A stretch of DNA of 64,000 nt from Raillietiella orientalis (GCA_036172245.1 JAYWIR010000054.1:124001-188000), one strand, 5' to 3'. Shown: positions 23,961-37,854, counted from the first letter of the stretch. A program made the numbers and translations. Notes: a model not told the origin generated them from the letters alone.

Positions 23961-25085
23961 ACTGAGTGGGCTTCGGTTTCAATTCAAGACGATGCTGAGT
24001 TGATTGACCTAAATTTCCTTCTCCGGTCTCCGAGAGATGTTAAAACATGCAGGTGTGCCTTGGCTTGGGCGTCAGCCTGAGTTTCGTGGGGGTTGTAGGA
24101 ACGGCAAAGGCCTCACGGAAACGTGAGATTCCCCGCGTGCGTGTGAACCGCACGAGACGCGCAGCGTTTCAACTGAAGGCGTTCCTCGTTGAAGACATCG
24201 TCGGCAACATTTCGGCCATCAGCCAGGTGGAAGCACTCGGGCGAAATCCACAAGGAACAGCAAGAGTGTCGACCAACACAGCCCCGTTCGGTGCTCCACG
24301 AGCGCAACGCCGTTCTCCCAAGCCGCGTTCATGGCCCGAGAAGATGGCGGAAAGTGCCGAAGAACTCTTCCACACGTTCCCTCGAGACATCCGCATGAAT
24401 TTCAAGTGCGCCCTTCCGTCCTTCGTGGCTTCGCACGCTTCTGCGATGCCACTTGGCACGCAGCAACGCGTTCTCCTGCCAGACTCCAACTCGTCTCGTG
24501 TTCGGTCTTTCGTTCTCATGGAAGCTCCCTCCTCCCGCGCAGCCCGGGGTGAAGAGGAAGGGAGTTCCGGAAACACCCCCGTGCCTCAAGCACGGGCCTA
24601 TTCTTCCACGCACCCACCCCGCCCGCCCCTCGCCGTCCCCGTGCCCGTCCGTTTGTGGCCGGTGGTGCGCGGGGGGACGCGATCTCGAATGGGATCAGAT
24701 TCCCTCGCCGCATTATCAGCAGCAGCGGCCCCACGGGGCACAAAGCAAACTCGAAGACTTCCTTGTCAGATAGTGCTCTTTCGAGTGCTCTGGAGCTTTC
24801 GGCGGTTTCCAGAGCGGGTGGGGGGTGGGGGGGATTTCAAAAGCTTCCGGGAATGCAGGAAGGTCCTTTCCGCAGAGACTTCGGTTTATCTTTTTTCTGT
24901 TTTCCTTTTTTTCATTTCTCAGTGGCGAAAAGAAAAAGAAAAAAAGGAAAAAAAAAAGGAAGCAGCGCGGGGGAGGCTTTGGAACAGGGAAACAAACCCC
25001 CCCTCCCCATTGCGACTCCCCATTCACATCAGCCCTTTGCTGCCTCAAGAGATTTGCTACAGGAAGATTGGCTCAGAATCCCCAA

Positions 25086-26130
25086 CGATCAAATCTCGAA
25101 AGATCTTAAGAATAAATACTCATGCTTATCATTCACATTAATATATATATATATATATGGTAGATTAATATGTGTCGTAAAGATTATTCGAAAAATATAT
25201 GCTTATCATGTATATTAATATATAGATGAAAACGTAAGTTTATTTTTAACATGCGTATTTATTAAAATAATTAATAACATTACTCATATATGTACTAAAT
25301 ATTATAAAAAACAAATTTATGTGCATATAACGTATTTTAATATCTACATGTATAAACATTGATCAGCATACATATTACCGATACAATTAATAATATGTAT
25401 TAATATATCAAAGGTTATGAAAATTAACATATTAATATATATTAATACATACAATGAATATGCGTGAAATGGAAATACAAATAATAAATAATAAGAGATC
25501 GAAAATAATTGCAGCAATTTAAAATAGGGGGAAAAATTACAAAAGAAACAAATTGAAAGAACCGACACGAAATTTTGCATCTCATTTTCTCATTTCCAAC
25601 AGTCAACAAACGGAACTTTTGCAGGAAATGACGAATTCTATTTACAGGATTTCCATGCTTCGATAAATACATGTATTTATAATTCGTTACTTATATACTC
25701 GTTTCATATACATTTATTATGCATATCAGCATATTTTAATGTACATAATAAAAACATATATTTATTTTTATAATGCTTGATATGCTGATGTCAATATTGA
25801 TATCAATGCATATTTATACATATATATATATATAAATTGATCTATGTATATTAATATATAATAAGCACATTATGAATTATATCAATAAGATGTACGTCCT
25901 TAGATATTGATACATGTATATGCTAAAATAAAATTGCTATAGATACTATGTATATCAAATAAATATTAATAAATACCTATGTTGACATAAATTTGCATAA
26001 TAATATACATAATGAACATTATTTTTGACAGTCATCATAATGTATATCACTATATACTAATCTATATATAAATGTATGTATCTAACAAGTATATGTATTT
26101 ATTTTTGAAGGTCTTTCGGGATTTTCATCG
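25086..26130. mobile_element. AT-rich fold-back / MITE-like element, copy 1
   Basis: Imperfect terminal inverted repeats (left CGATCAAATCTCGAAAGATCTTAAGAATAAATAC; right reverse complement CGATGAAAATCCCGAAAGACCTTCAAAAATAAATAC), long AT-rich inverted arms, and a core homologous to 62700-62810. Confidence 0.75.
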
Positions 26131-27329
26131 GCAGCGGCTGCAGGGAACATCTGCCTGCAGAAGTCTTTATGGCTTTTTTCCAAGCCTAGCGGGTTCGCAT
26201 TCTCTTCTCCCTGGCTGGAAAAAAGGAAAAGCAAGAAAAACTAGAAAAAAAGGCGATGCTGGATGGCAAACTTCGAAGGGGAAGCTCGTCGTACTTCCTG
26301 GTCAAAAACGCGAGATTCCACTGCAGGCTCCTGAAGATTCCCCAACAAGCGAATGCTGCAGCAGAACATGGCAGCGCTGGCATGAGATGAGGAGAATCCT
26401 CCCTGGAGTGCTCTCGATGGGATATCTCCTTCCTCGGTATGCTCTCCACTCGAAGGCACATGGCGCCAGCGCATTGCCTAGAATGAACAAGAGGGCGCGT
26501 GCTTGTGACGTCAGAGCTACTGCAGCAAGGCAAGCCGTCGGAAGAAGATGCACGTGGATGGACGAGAACCGTGATATCGGGAAGAGCGAGGAAGAGCATG
26601 ATTGCTGCGGACTTTTGAGCTCCATCGTCTTCAGATAAGCAGCCAGCTCCTCCTCGAATGCCGCGCGCGCTCTGAGCTAAGTCGCCCGAGAGAGCGACGG
26701 AGGCAAAAGACTTTTTGAGCATCTGTTTCAAACCAAGCTTGAGAAAGAAAGGGTATCCGTGGCAACCATCCAACACTTCGAAGCGGCTGTTGGCGACCTG
26801 AACTCCGGGAAAGGGCGCGCGAAAGGATCTCTCTGGCCTGTTGCCATGCTCGGCAAGGACCACGCACGAAGGAAACTGCTTCCGTCGCAGTTGATGGCAA
26901 TAGCGCCTCGCAACGGCACTACGGAGGAATCTTCCGGCGTGCTGGAGCTACCCAGTAGCGCCTTGAGTCCCTCTCGAGCAAGGCTTTCCTTTTCGGTGGG
27001 ACCCAATGGACTTGCGTCGTTAGCATTTCCGGAAGCTTATTTCAAGTTCTTTGGGTCAGGGGAAAGATGGATTTCTACCCTCCCCCCCCCATGCGTGAAA
27101 GAGGAGACAGAAAAAGGGACGAAGGCGAAACGAAAATGCAGAGAATGGTTTTGGGTTGTCTCCAGAGGAAAGGGATCGCTGCTCACAAAGGGTGCACCAG
27201 CAGCAATCCTTTCCTGGATGAGGCTTCGCCACTCAGGGGGAGCTCGCGGTGGAGCTGCTCCGAGACAAGGGCATGCCAGCAACAAGAGTATCCTCAAGCA
27301 AAGTGAGGAGTCGGGGAGGGTGAAAAATG

Positions 27330-27535
27330 GGGACGGAGGAGGAGAGGATGGATGGAGGAGGAAGAGAGATGAAAGAGGAGGAGGGATGAAAGAGGAAGAG
27401 GAATAGAGGTGGAGAAAAAGGGATGGAAGAGAAGAAGGAATAAGGGTGAAAGAGGAGGAATGCAAGAGGTGGAGAAGGAGTGATAAAGAAAGAGAGATGG
27501 AAGAAGGGGAAGAATGGAAAAGGAGGAGGAAGTAG
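27330..27535. repeat. Polypurine (GA-rich) low-complexity tract
   Basis: About 200 bp almost entirely G/A. Confidence 0.85.
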
Positions 27536-29249
27536 CCTCTCTAACTCCCTGTAGCCTGTGGGAGTTCCCGCGTCCCGGAGAGGCGGCTGGAACCAGTTCC
27601 TCCCGGAAGGAGCTCTCGGCTTCGCAGCAGAGTCTCCGTGAGCCTCGGGTTGCCTCCGCGTGACTTGCAGCTCTCGAACGAAGCAGCCGGGGACGCCGGC
27701 CAGCTGCCTGAACCACCTTCAGCAGCTACCTGCCTCTTGCAGCTCTCGAGATGCGTCGGGTGCGGTGAACCCTGCGCGCAAGAGCTCTTCCTCATCCTCC
27801 CGGCGTCCCACTCTCCCGCGAAGAACCTGCACGTGTTTCCAGAGCATTGCCGATTCGCTTTCTGGCTTGCGTAGGGATGACCTTCCAATGTCATGGTCAC
27901 TAGTCGCGCTCCCTGGCGCTTCGTTCGTAAAAAGGCAAGCAGGGATGAGATCTTTCCCATTCCTTTGCGCACGCTGCTGGTGCTTTTTCCTCAACCATCT
28001 CTTTTATGAATACGCGGTCGTGTCGCCACGAGAACGCGTCGGGAGTCTTCTGACTGCTGTGAGCGCTTGATCGAGAGGACCCTCGACTGCCTTCCCAGTA
28101 GTCAGCTAACGCGGCCGACTAAAGACGACAACTCGCCTTCAGGCTGGCCAGCGGGTCGGCTAACCGTCTCCCAGAGAGACAAGGGACCATTCAGCTGGAA
28201 AGTTGCTCGCTGGTTCTCAGATGGCAGCACGTGGCGATACTCTTCCCGAGCTGGCGTTTCGCTCGTGCAGCGAACGCCGACACCTCCCACGAGAGGCTAG
28301 AGGGAGGAAGGTACGGAGGGATGGGATCCTCCCAGGGTCTGCCACTGGATTGCTGTGCCCTCCAAAACAGCTGGAGGTGACCTGCAGCGACCTCGTGTCC
28401 CGGGGATGGCACCTCCGAAGAGCTTCTGAAACGTCCCTTTGACGCCCAGTGGTCCAACTCCTGCCAGTTGGTCATCATTCGAGCGGCGATGGCGACTGCA
28501 ACAGGATTTAACAGAAGACGGGCCAGCGTCCCAATAGATGAAATCAAAGAGTCAGACGAGAGAGTTCCGACGCATGCGGTCCTTCCTCTTCTTGACCTGG
28601 AGGTCGTCCTGGAGAGTACAGGAAAGAATTCTTCATCATCTGAGCGCAGAGGTTCGCGCCCCTCTTCCACGGTGGCAGGAATTTGGGTGACGACACCAGC
28701 GCTGCCTTAGCAGCATCCTTCATCCGGACGCTCAGGGACTCTGGAAACGGAGTTTCTGAATCTGGATGAAACAAAGGATTGGAATATCCTCTCGTGGTGT
28801 GAAACTCCTCCCACAGCGGCAGCAGACTGCAGATCCTCTCTCAGTCTGAAAGGACATCCTACCTGCCTCCCCTCCGTGGTTAAGGAGAGAACGGCCACCC
28901 TGCTCTTATCCCATCAGTTCGATTCGCTGCCGTCGCACCACCGCGTCGGTGGTGGCTCGCAGCGGCGAATCCCTGCGTTCTCATGACGACTCACTGATCT
29001 CCTTCGATCGACCTTCTCGTTCAGGGCTGCCAGGTGATTTACCTAAAGTAGACGGGCGAGATTTCTCAGTGAGTCACGGGCCGGTTCAAAATCAACATTG
29101 ACCAGCTCTCCCTAGGGACAGAACGAGGAAGGGAGTGGAGGGGAAGGGACGGAAGACCCACAAATAAATGGAGAGGTCCATCTCAGTGATGAACTCGATT
29201 CCTGAGGAATTACGTCAGAAAGGAGGGAGGGAAGTACCCTCCTGCCCGG

Positions 29250-30280
29250 ATGCGGTCCGTTGTTTCCAGATCTGGCCACATTCGTTCTCAATTCTGGCCA
29301 TCACCGCTGCTCGCGCGTGGCGGAAAACTGCCGGCAAGGAGTCAGGAGGACAAGGACTGAAAAGATGCTCACCGTCCTGAGCGGGCACCAGGAGCACCTT
29401 GGACCGTTCCGGAAGCACGCGCGGAGGGGGATACCGCCGTGCACCGCACTGGATGTGTTCCCAGAAGTCACGATGAGGGTCCTCGCTATCGGGGAAAGAC
29501 CAGGAGAGCCGGCAAGATGGCGGTGCGCTCGCGGCGGCGGCGAAGGACGGAGGGTACCCGAAATCATTTCCGAGTGTCAAGAGTCGAGGAAGCAGTGGGA
29601 AGGGGGAAGAAGTGGGTACTCTAGGGTGGAGTCAGCCTATCCAGAATTGCCCGATGGTTCCCCTCGCACCCTACGTCCAGGGAGGGGTCATTCGAACGCC
29701 CTTCGTGTGCAGGCGATGGCAGTGACCAACGATTTCCTCCTCCTCCATTTTGGCGACCACTGCAGCCCGCACGTGGCAGAAGGCAATCCGCGGGCAAGCT
29801 TGGGGAAGTCCACATGGTCTTGGACAGGTGCAGACTGAGTTTCCTCAGCGATGAGCTCTCATCCCTGACGCAGCCTTTCCCACTCCGGCCGAAATGGTGC
29901 GGCAGGGTTCCCACCATCCTGCATGGGTGCCATCCTCGGGCACCCTGTCCGCTGAGGCGTGGCGTTCTGGCCACAGGCAAGAGCCTGCGCCACCAGCAAG
30001 ATGGCTGTCTTCTCGGAACGTGGAGGAAGGGTGGAGGTTTCGGCCAGGAAGCCCCGCATCTCCAAGTTTCAATGGTGGCGTTCCGATCACCCTTGCGGTC
30101 TCCGAGCGAGGTCTCTGGGCGTGGTTTCGACCTCCAGACGGAAGCAGGATGCTGCCCGGAAAGCAAGGGAGATTCTCACGTCCGAACGCAGAGCGCAGGA
30201 AGCCTTGGATCCCGCTCTTCTGGAGTAGCTGCCCTCACGAGCGAGCGCTCAATTCCTCCGGAAGTTGAACTTTCCTGAAC
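29250..30280 (+). mobile_element. Tx1-like LINE ORF1 zinc-knuckle remnant plus AP endonuclease
   Basis: CARGGGEG (CxxCGxEGH-like), LG..MVLD (GDFN region), SDH at ~30082 and RK-LDPALLE (WKLNxxLL-like). Confidence 0.5.
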
Positions 30281-30699
30281 GCACGCGCCCTTCCGTGCTC
30301 GGGCGATTTCCTTTCGGAAGGAAAGCAAGGTGTGGGTCGCTGAGCCTTGGCGACTGATTCCTCGGAGGCACAACCTCACAATTGGTTTTCGCATCCGCAA
30401 CCAAATTTTCATGCCTTTAGTGCTTCTCTCCCTAGAGAAGTTCTCAAGGGATTCATCCTCTCGGTTCAAAAATTGATCGGCAGCCGAACCCGGAAGTATC
30501 CTTGTCGTCTGAGCAGCTGATCGGCGACGCAGTTACATGCGGAAGGAGCAGAGAAGCCTCCTCGTAGGAAACCGAACGCTCCTTCCGGTTCTTACATTCG
30601 TCCTAAGAAGGCGACCAATGCGGCGTTCCTGTTTTGGCTCGTGGAGTCAGGAAGGCCGGAGACAAGGTGTACGAAATCCCTGATGCCCTTTCCTCGTAG

Positions 30700-33600
30700 T
30701 GCAGCCATATCCGAGGACAGATCCCTCCATTTCAGATCAATTGCTGGAGCTTCAAATGAAGGCGCTTTGGAATTTCCGGGTGACGTTGATTGCCTGGGGA
30801 ACGCGGAAGACCTTGCAAGTTCGCCCGTTCTTCCTGAAATTCGCAGTGCAGCTCGTCGTCTCTAGCAGACACCACTGTGAGCAGTCACGGAGGACCCATC
30901 TCGTTTGGTCGCGGCTCCTGCAGCGAGTGGTGGGGAAGCATCCTTTCAGATTTCCACCACTTTATCCTAGCAGGTGAAGGAGAGAATGCATTCCCAACTC
31001 ATGTCCTTGCTCTGCTGGCTCACGCCCCCCTTCTCACGTGCTGCTTCTTCTGCGCCGGAGCTTCCAAGTTCTTCGTGCCTGTCGTCGTTCCAGAGATCCC
31101 ACCACTGGACAAATGAGGAGCTAAATCGAGGAAGGTGAATCAGGATGAACACTGACTGAATGGTGATGAATTCTAGAGGTGTTCTCTCGGGAAAAAGAAC
31201 TGGAGTATTATGAGGATTAGAAGGGACGGAAAGGTGTTGAGGAATAGAGTACGAGACAGTGAGCGGGGGTGCCTGTCTTTTGGAAGAGCGCCATGCGTTG
31301 AAATGGATTCAGGGAGTAGGCAGAGAGAGATGGTAGCCATTTGGTGGTAGGTGAGTTGATTGCGTCAGCGACAGCTTGTTGCAGTTGTTGTGTCTGCTTT
31401 CCCTGCCCCGGAGCGCCTGGTTGAGGTTGCCGATCGTGCACTTGGCTGGGTCATCAGGGTGACGGAATCTCAACGGGGATGCGGTATTCGAGAAGTGGAG
31501 TTTGTTTTGGTGTAGATGGAGAGGATGAGGAAGTCAGTTGCTCCGTATCATATAAGGAAGAGATGTTTACTCGACCTCCTTCCCTGGTCATGACGAACCT
31601 GCTGAAGAATGTCCTCCGAACAGCAGTACCATGCAGATGCTGAAAATGAACCACAAACTGGCAGAGACCTCGAAGGGATCTGAGTTTCAAAATCTTCTGG
31701 TTCATTCATCACCCTGCTAAGAACGTCTTCTACATGGCGAATCCCAAGTTCTGAAAAAGCGGTGGTGACAATGCGGCAGCTCCGTGAAATGAGCTTTCCA
31801 CGTTTCCCATTGCAGGAGCTCATGAGGCGAGCCAACAAACTCATGCATTTGGAATGCATTTGCACAGTGCAAGGCAGCGGTGCAGAATCCCTTGCTGAGA
31901 ATCGCCCAGAGAGAAGAAAAGGGCTGCTTTCTGTGAAGGGTCATTTTTCCCTTTGCAGAAGGCTTCTTGCGTTCCTCCGACCAGAATCCTCCATTCAGCG
32001 TACCACTAACTCGAGAAGCTTTCCCGCGAAAAGGTGAGGAACTTTCGCGCAGGGTGCGGGATGAAAAGCAGAAGGGTGAAATCTCGTTGTTAAGAGGCAT
32101 GAGGCTACGGTAGACCCAAAAGGAGAGAGGTTGTATCTGGCAGCAAGCCAATCTCAAAACCTGAACCAGACTTGGCGCTCCAAGCAGAAAACCGAAAGGT
32201 CATCCTGGTGGTTTGCTGCTACCTCGAATAGCCGACGAAAAAAAGGAAAACAGAAAAATAGCTGGCGATAACACTGGAGGAGGCACAGCGCAGGAAAGAA
32301 TGCAAAGAATTGGCTCTCTATTTTTCCTTCAGAGGAACGGAAGCACCCGTCCACGAATCGGTGGTAGCTGCATTGGGATCACAACATCCCTCCAAAACGG
32401 CGCTCGAGATCTTTTGGACAAAGGCGGACCGGAGCAGAGATACATGGCGATGTGTTCCGGAATTCAGCATGTCCAGAACACGGGTCAGACACCTCGCCGA
32501 AGCTACCAACGGGATGGAGAACGTGGTCAAAGTCTTCAGCAAGGACATGCGTCGGGGAGAAAGCAGTTCCAGACGTATTCGGAGGATGCGAGACCTATAC
32601 CCTGGATGAGACTGCTGCACAGTAATAGGGGCTCTGTAGGGAGTAAAGAATGTACCACATCACTGCAATGGTTTCACCGGCATGAATGGTTCCTCTCTGA
32701 ATGAAGAAGTTGGGATGCACCTTCATGAGTCGGGTGACAGCAGCCGTTGTTGTGCCTCTCCCCTAAGGATGGGAGGAAGCAGATGATGGAAGAAACCGTC
32801 CATCATCTGTTTGCAATGTTCCCGCGGAGGAGAGCAGCAACAGCAGCAATCCTGCACGATCTTCAAGCAATACAAGAAAGCAATGGAGTGACAACTCGAT
32901 TCGTATCGCGTTCTGACCTCGTAATATCAAGGGAAAGAATCTCACCGATGCTGACTGGGCTCGATTTTTTGGATGTCCGGAGGGAATGTCACGAACCCTG
33001 CATTCAAGTCAGCGGTCACTTGGAGCATGCGGCGCTCAACTGAAATACCTCGGCCCTGTTTCTAGTAACTTTTTCTAGAAAATCAATCAGGAAACAACTC
33101 GTTTGCGGGGATTGTGGATCTAAGAAGGCCGAGGATTCAACTTTGATGGGTCAGACGTTGGAGACTTTCTCACGCCAGCGAGCGGGCGCCCATCTGGATT
33201 GAAAGGGGCACGGTGAATCGGAGAGAGCGAGGCTCTGTGCAGGTGGACTTCCGTTTTCTTTTTTTTCAAGGACGTCCCAATTTGGCTTCGTTGATATGAA
33301 AGGCAGCGCCGAGTTTGCTTCCTCCCGCTTGCCAGCTGAGAACCTCCCTGATTCAGACTGGAGGAAGGTTCCGAGACTTAGCAAAAGATTTGTTCTTTCT
33401 GTAGCGCGCGCTTCCCAAGTCGCAGTACCAGCGGATGCTGCCAGCTCCTTCGCTCAGACATCACATAGGGTGGAGGTGCACAGGAGCGCGATGGGAGTTT
33501 GGTCTGCAGAAGCGATTTCATTCCTGGAAGGGAGCACTTCGAACACGGGATGCGCAGCACGCTGGAAACCAAGACCAAGTCTGGTTGCTGCAACCGCCGC

Positions 33601-34560
33601 AACTCGTTGGAAACTTTTCTTGACGATCGTTTTCCAAACTGCTAAAAATAGAACGGGATGGAATGCATGGCTGGAAGTTCATTCGATTTGTGGAAAGGAG
33701 TTTTCCCCAAGAGCAGAAAAATCTGCATTAAGGAGGTGGCCATGGGGATCCGACTTTTTCTTTAGCGTTCAATGGACCACACGAAGGTGGCTGCAGAGGA
33801 GACCAAACATCGCCATCCAAGACCGCGAACATTTATCGGCCAGTGGAAACGTCCACGAAGTGCGACTTCCTCAGTACAAAGTGCAGATGCAAGAGTTGAC
33901 AGCCTACGAGTCCAGGGCGCTTTGGCCAAACCTTGCAATGGACGGAGGTGAACCCCCCAAACTCCGGGATTGTACCTGCCGCCAAAGGGCACTGCTCAAG
34001 GAGCGATGGAGAAGACGTGGGCAGGGTCGGACGACCCGTTCTGAACTTGCGAGCTGTTCTGAACAGTCCGCAAGTTCATAACAGGGGACAATGCCTAATG
34101 GACAGCTCCGGACAGAACACTAGCCACCGAAAGCGTCTCGTGGACGTCCGAATTGCCTGAAGAGACGTGAGGCGACCTCTACTGTTTTATCGCCAAAGGG
34201 TCCTGTGCGACCGACAGAGGAGCGAGAACCCCTAGGATGGACGATGCCCGGCATGTGGGACCACCGGGACGACTTGCGACTACAAGAAATAAACAAACTT
34301 CAGATCCTATGAGGACTCACTGATGGTCGAGGAAACTCGTGCTGTGCACCCAACCTCATGATGAAGGAAAACATCACCTCCTTTATATGGAGCACCTTGT
34401 TAAGGAGGACAAAGGGTCGGGGGGAAAGGGAGGTGCAAGTGACGGAGAGGGACGTCCTTATGCATTCTAGGAGAAAAGAGGTTGGCATCAGAGGGTGCTT
34501 GAAAGTTCCAGCCTGGAGTGTCCGTCAAAATCTGCAGAAAATCGAGCACGCCCCAAGACG
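30700..34560 (+). mobile_element. Decayed BEL/Pao LTR retrotransposon (gag-pro-RT-RH-INT relic)
   Basis: Ordered motifs: CFL..GHFSLC (~31925), ARDLLDKG (protease, ~32402), HLHE..D..AAVV (RNase H-like, ~32718), WKFI..LW..KSALRR (~33672-33736), AVLNSP (~34052), VQV..DVL (~34433). No LTRs recognised. Confidence 0.7.
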
Positions 34561-34609
34561 TACCCTTGCAGAGGACACCTGGTGTGTTAAGTAATGAAGG
34601 ATCTTTTGC

Positions 34610-35465
34610 CTCGTCAGGGGGAGCTTTTCAAGCACCGTCCACGCCAACTGAGGGTGCGTGTGACTCTTCCCCAGTAGTTAGGGGGTACCCCAGGAGAGGA
34701 CCACCCTATGAATCCAGGAAAACTCCGAAGGAAGGAGTCCACTCATCTTATGCTTCGTAGGGGAACCCCGAAAGGAACCTGCGCCCTGGTTGTCTCCAAA
34801 GGGAAACGCCTTTTCTTTATTCTCCCCGGATGGACCTCCCAGAAGAAGTCGCTCTTCGTTTCTTCTTCAGAGGTGACCTGGAAAGGATCCTTCCTATGAA
34901 TTTCCTCTCCGGAAGACCCTTGCAAGGGAACCGCTCTTCGTTTCCTCTTCTGAAGAGAACCCCGAAGGGAGGTTTCCCAATTTCTCTGAAGGGTTGCTCC
35001 CCGAAGGGAGTGGCCCTCTTCTTGACGCTCTGCATAATGCAGCGGGTGGGTGGGATCTGTCTGAGTGTCCCTTCGCATTAGTACGTACTTCTTGAGCAGA
35101 TTCACTTTTGTTGATTTGGATGGGTCCTGGAGAGGCAACCTTTCGGAGGGAGTATCAACAGCATCCATGGTGTGCGATGGAGGTTCTCCATGCGAAGGGG
35201 ATAGACAGAACTGGAAGGGAACCCGCTTCTCGATCTCTGGAAGGACCCTGGTGGGTGAGCATTCAATCCCGGCCACTCAACGGGAACACCCAGCTTCCAG
35301 CGGTGCCTCACCAGAAGCCTGCAGACCACCTGGAGCCATCCTGCGGGGGAACTTGAAACCCACGACGCACCCCCATTTCTCGGCCTCGGTCCTCCGCGTG
35401 GGGATTCGAACTTGCAATGCTGGGTGCTACCCGCGGAGACCGCAGCCGCCCTCGGCCTGGTGCAA
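34610..35465 (-). mobile_element. tRNA-headed retroposon with UUCG array, copy B (3'-truncated)
   Basis: B-box GTTCGAATCC (35402-35411, minus), shared body, tandem CCCTTCGGGG units at 34700-35010, and shared TTCCTGGATTCATAGGG block. Confidence 0.75.
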
Positions 35466-35499
35466 TGCTTGAAAGTTCGACCTGCTCAACGGAAACGGC

Positions 35500-36830
35500 G
35501 TCTTCCTTGACCAGTGGCGGCAGGCTGCTCAGACGGGAACGCCTCTCCCGCTCGTCTGCTTGTTTCCCTTTTGCCTCGGAAAGGATTCAGCTGTGAAGGT
35601 GGCTCGCATCCCTTGCAGGAGTTCCTGAGGGAGTTGCAACCCCGTTTTATTCTCTTCCAATGCGGCGATCATCCACTTGGGAAGCTGCGGAAGTGGAAGG
35701 GAACGGCGGGGCTACTGGTCGAGCCAGTGCCTTCCGGAGTCAAGTACCACCGCGTTTCCTCGATCTCATCTTGACGACATCAGAGACAATCCTTATGAAC
35801 AGATCCGCAATGCGGGATGAGTACTGCCTTAAGAATCTGATCACAGATTTCTTGGGCATGTTGAGTATGGCCGTCCAGTCTTGCACGAGGTCTGCCGTCA
35901 CCTGCTCCATCCCTTCGACCAGGCTGAAAAAAAGGAAATGCGCTTGCAGTCGACCCTTCGTAGGACAGCGATGTTGCGGCGAAGTGGGAGGTTAAGATTA
36001 CGATCTCTGGGAAGGAGAGGAAGATAGGAGAGTGGAAGACGGGCCAGCTTACAGACGCTGCGACCCCGAGTACGCCTCCCCATGGACTTTTGCGCTGGTG
36101 CGCGCTGCTCGATGTTCCCATTGAACATCTGAAGTGGCCCCCGGTGCTCATGAACACCTCCACCCTCCCTTAAAATGGTAGGAGTCGGCTCTACTGTTGC
36201 AGCACTGGGGACTCCCCTGCAACGCCCGCCGACACCACTGGACCTGGGGAGCGGAGGATCCCAATTGTGTTAGGTGTGGGGAACGGGAGTCCCCCCCCCA
36301 CCTCCTTGTGTATTGTGTTGCCCTTCGGCCCCTTTGGTTACGCTTTGCCGCGGCCATCGGAATCCCCTGCGGCAACCCCAGGGACGCCTTAAAAGCCCTC
36401 TTCGTTGCCGACGCCCTTCGGCCTGCGGCCTCGTTAGCAGCCCTGTGCTGCCTTCGCGGGATCGTCGCCGCTTGGAGCACGGCTACGGGAGGACCCCGCG
36501 ATAAGGGTGCCATCCAGGGCGCCGTCCAATTCCTGAGGAGGGCGTCGCGATGACCCCACCTGGATCCGCGAATACGGGAAGAGCTTGCTGGCATCCTGCG
36601 AAGGATGCAACGACCCCAGCAGCAACAGTGATTACCTCCCGTACCCCCCCACTTTTTCTTTTCTTTTTGTTTAGTTTTTTTTTTTTTTGTTTTTCCTCCA
36701 TCCCCCTGCTGCCGTGGTGGACCGTACCGGTCCGCGAACCGGTGACCCGGCAGGCTCTGTATTTCTTCGTGCGTGGCTGGAGCACTGGTCCAGCCACAGC
36801 ACGTCTTTGTTAAAGTTTATTTCTTAGTAA
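35500..36830 (+). mobile_element. L1/Tx1-like LINE 3' fragment (family A) with best-preserved CCHC tail and 3' UTR
   Basis: ORF 36197-36553 contains CVRCGERESPPHLLVYC (C-X2-C-X7-H-X4-C) and PAASLAALCCLRGI, followed by the conserved hairpins. Confidence 0.85.
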
Positions 36831-37854
36831 ACGCCCCGGCGAAACCCGGGTGAAAATCGACCCTTCGTAGGGCGCTCGCGTGAAATTTTCCGCAAATAGA
36901 GAGCCTTAGGAAACGCGCAAAATGGATAAGAACGGAAAGGCGCACCGTGCTTCCTGGAAGAAGCACAGAGCAGAGCATCGGCTGTGAAAGCACGCCAGGG
37001 AGGATCGTCCCCGCACCACGGTGAGGACCGAACGAGCCACTCCCCATCGGAAGGCTTGAGCGCCTCACTTTCCCACGCTTTCCTTTGCAAACTTCTCATG
37101 CCCCAGGGTGGCTGCGAAAGAACTCGTGAGCCACGGATCCACCCATACCGTTCACAACAGTTCCCGAAAATGCGTTTGCGGAGGAAGCAAACCGAAGCGC
37201 TTTAGATGGCAACCATAGCCACAGTGGTCAGACTCCATCCTTCCTCAGTAACTCACGCGTGTGAATTCTGGACTATGCTGAGAGGATCCAGGAACATAAT
37301 GTCGTCAACCACATTCTGGATGTATCTTCCGATCAACTTCAAGTAGGCTGCGTGGGGACGGGCCGCGTTCTCGGGGCGAAGTGAGCCCGCACGTAACGCC
37401 AGCGCCTTTAGCAACTTCGTTGCATTGCGGTAGGCGGACGATATCAGGCGGAGTTCGGGTGGAAGTCTGTAAAATTGCAATTCGAGATAGGCGTGTCGCC
37501 AGTCCGGAAACAGACACTCGGGAGCATCCCGGTGAACAGCCCATTCTGTTCTAACATCTCATACTTACTTTCTTCGCAGTGCTTTCTGGTCATCTTTCTC
37601 TAGTCTTTCACTCTGGAGCAAGGCGGGACTCGAAGACGCTTGCAAAGAGTCGGCTGCACTGCTGTGCAGTTCGATGTTTTGCAGTGAGAGGCCAGCAAGG
37701 TCTGTCAACCAAGCTGGAGTGGCTCCATGTGCTGAGGAGAGATCGAAACAAGTTACTACGGCACGCTTCCCTTGACGATCTGCCAACCGAGCTTGCAAGC
37801 CGGACTGCTTGTACTGAAACTTGTACAGGTCCGCGAGGCGCATCCGCTTGCATG

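Noticed and set aside
24047..25141. 364-aa ORF as a gene
   Set aside because: Low complexity, runs through A/T homopolymers into the MITE end, no domain recognised.
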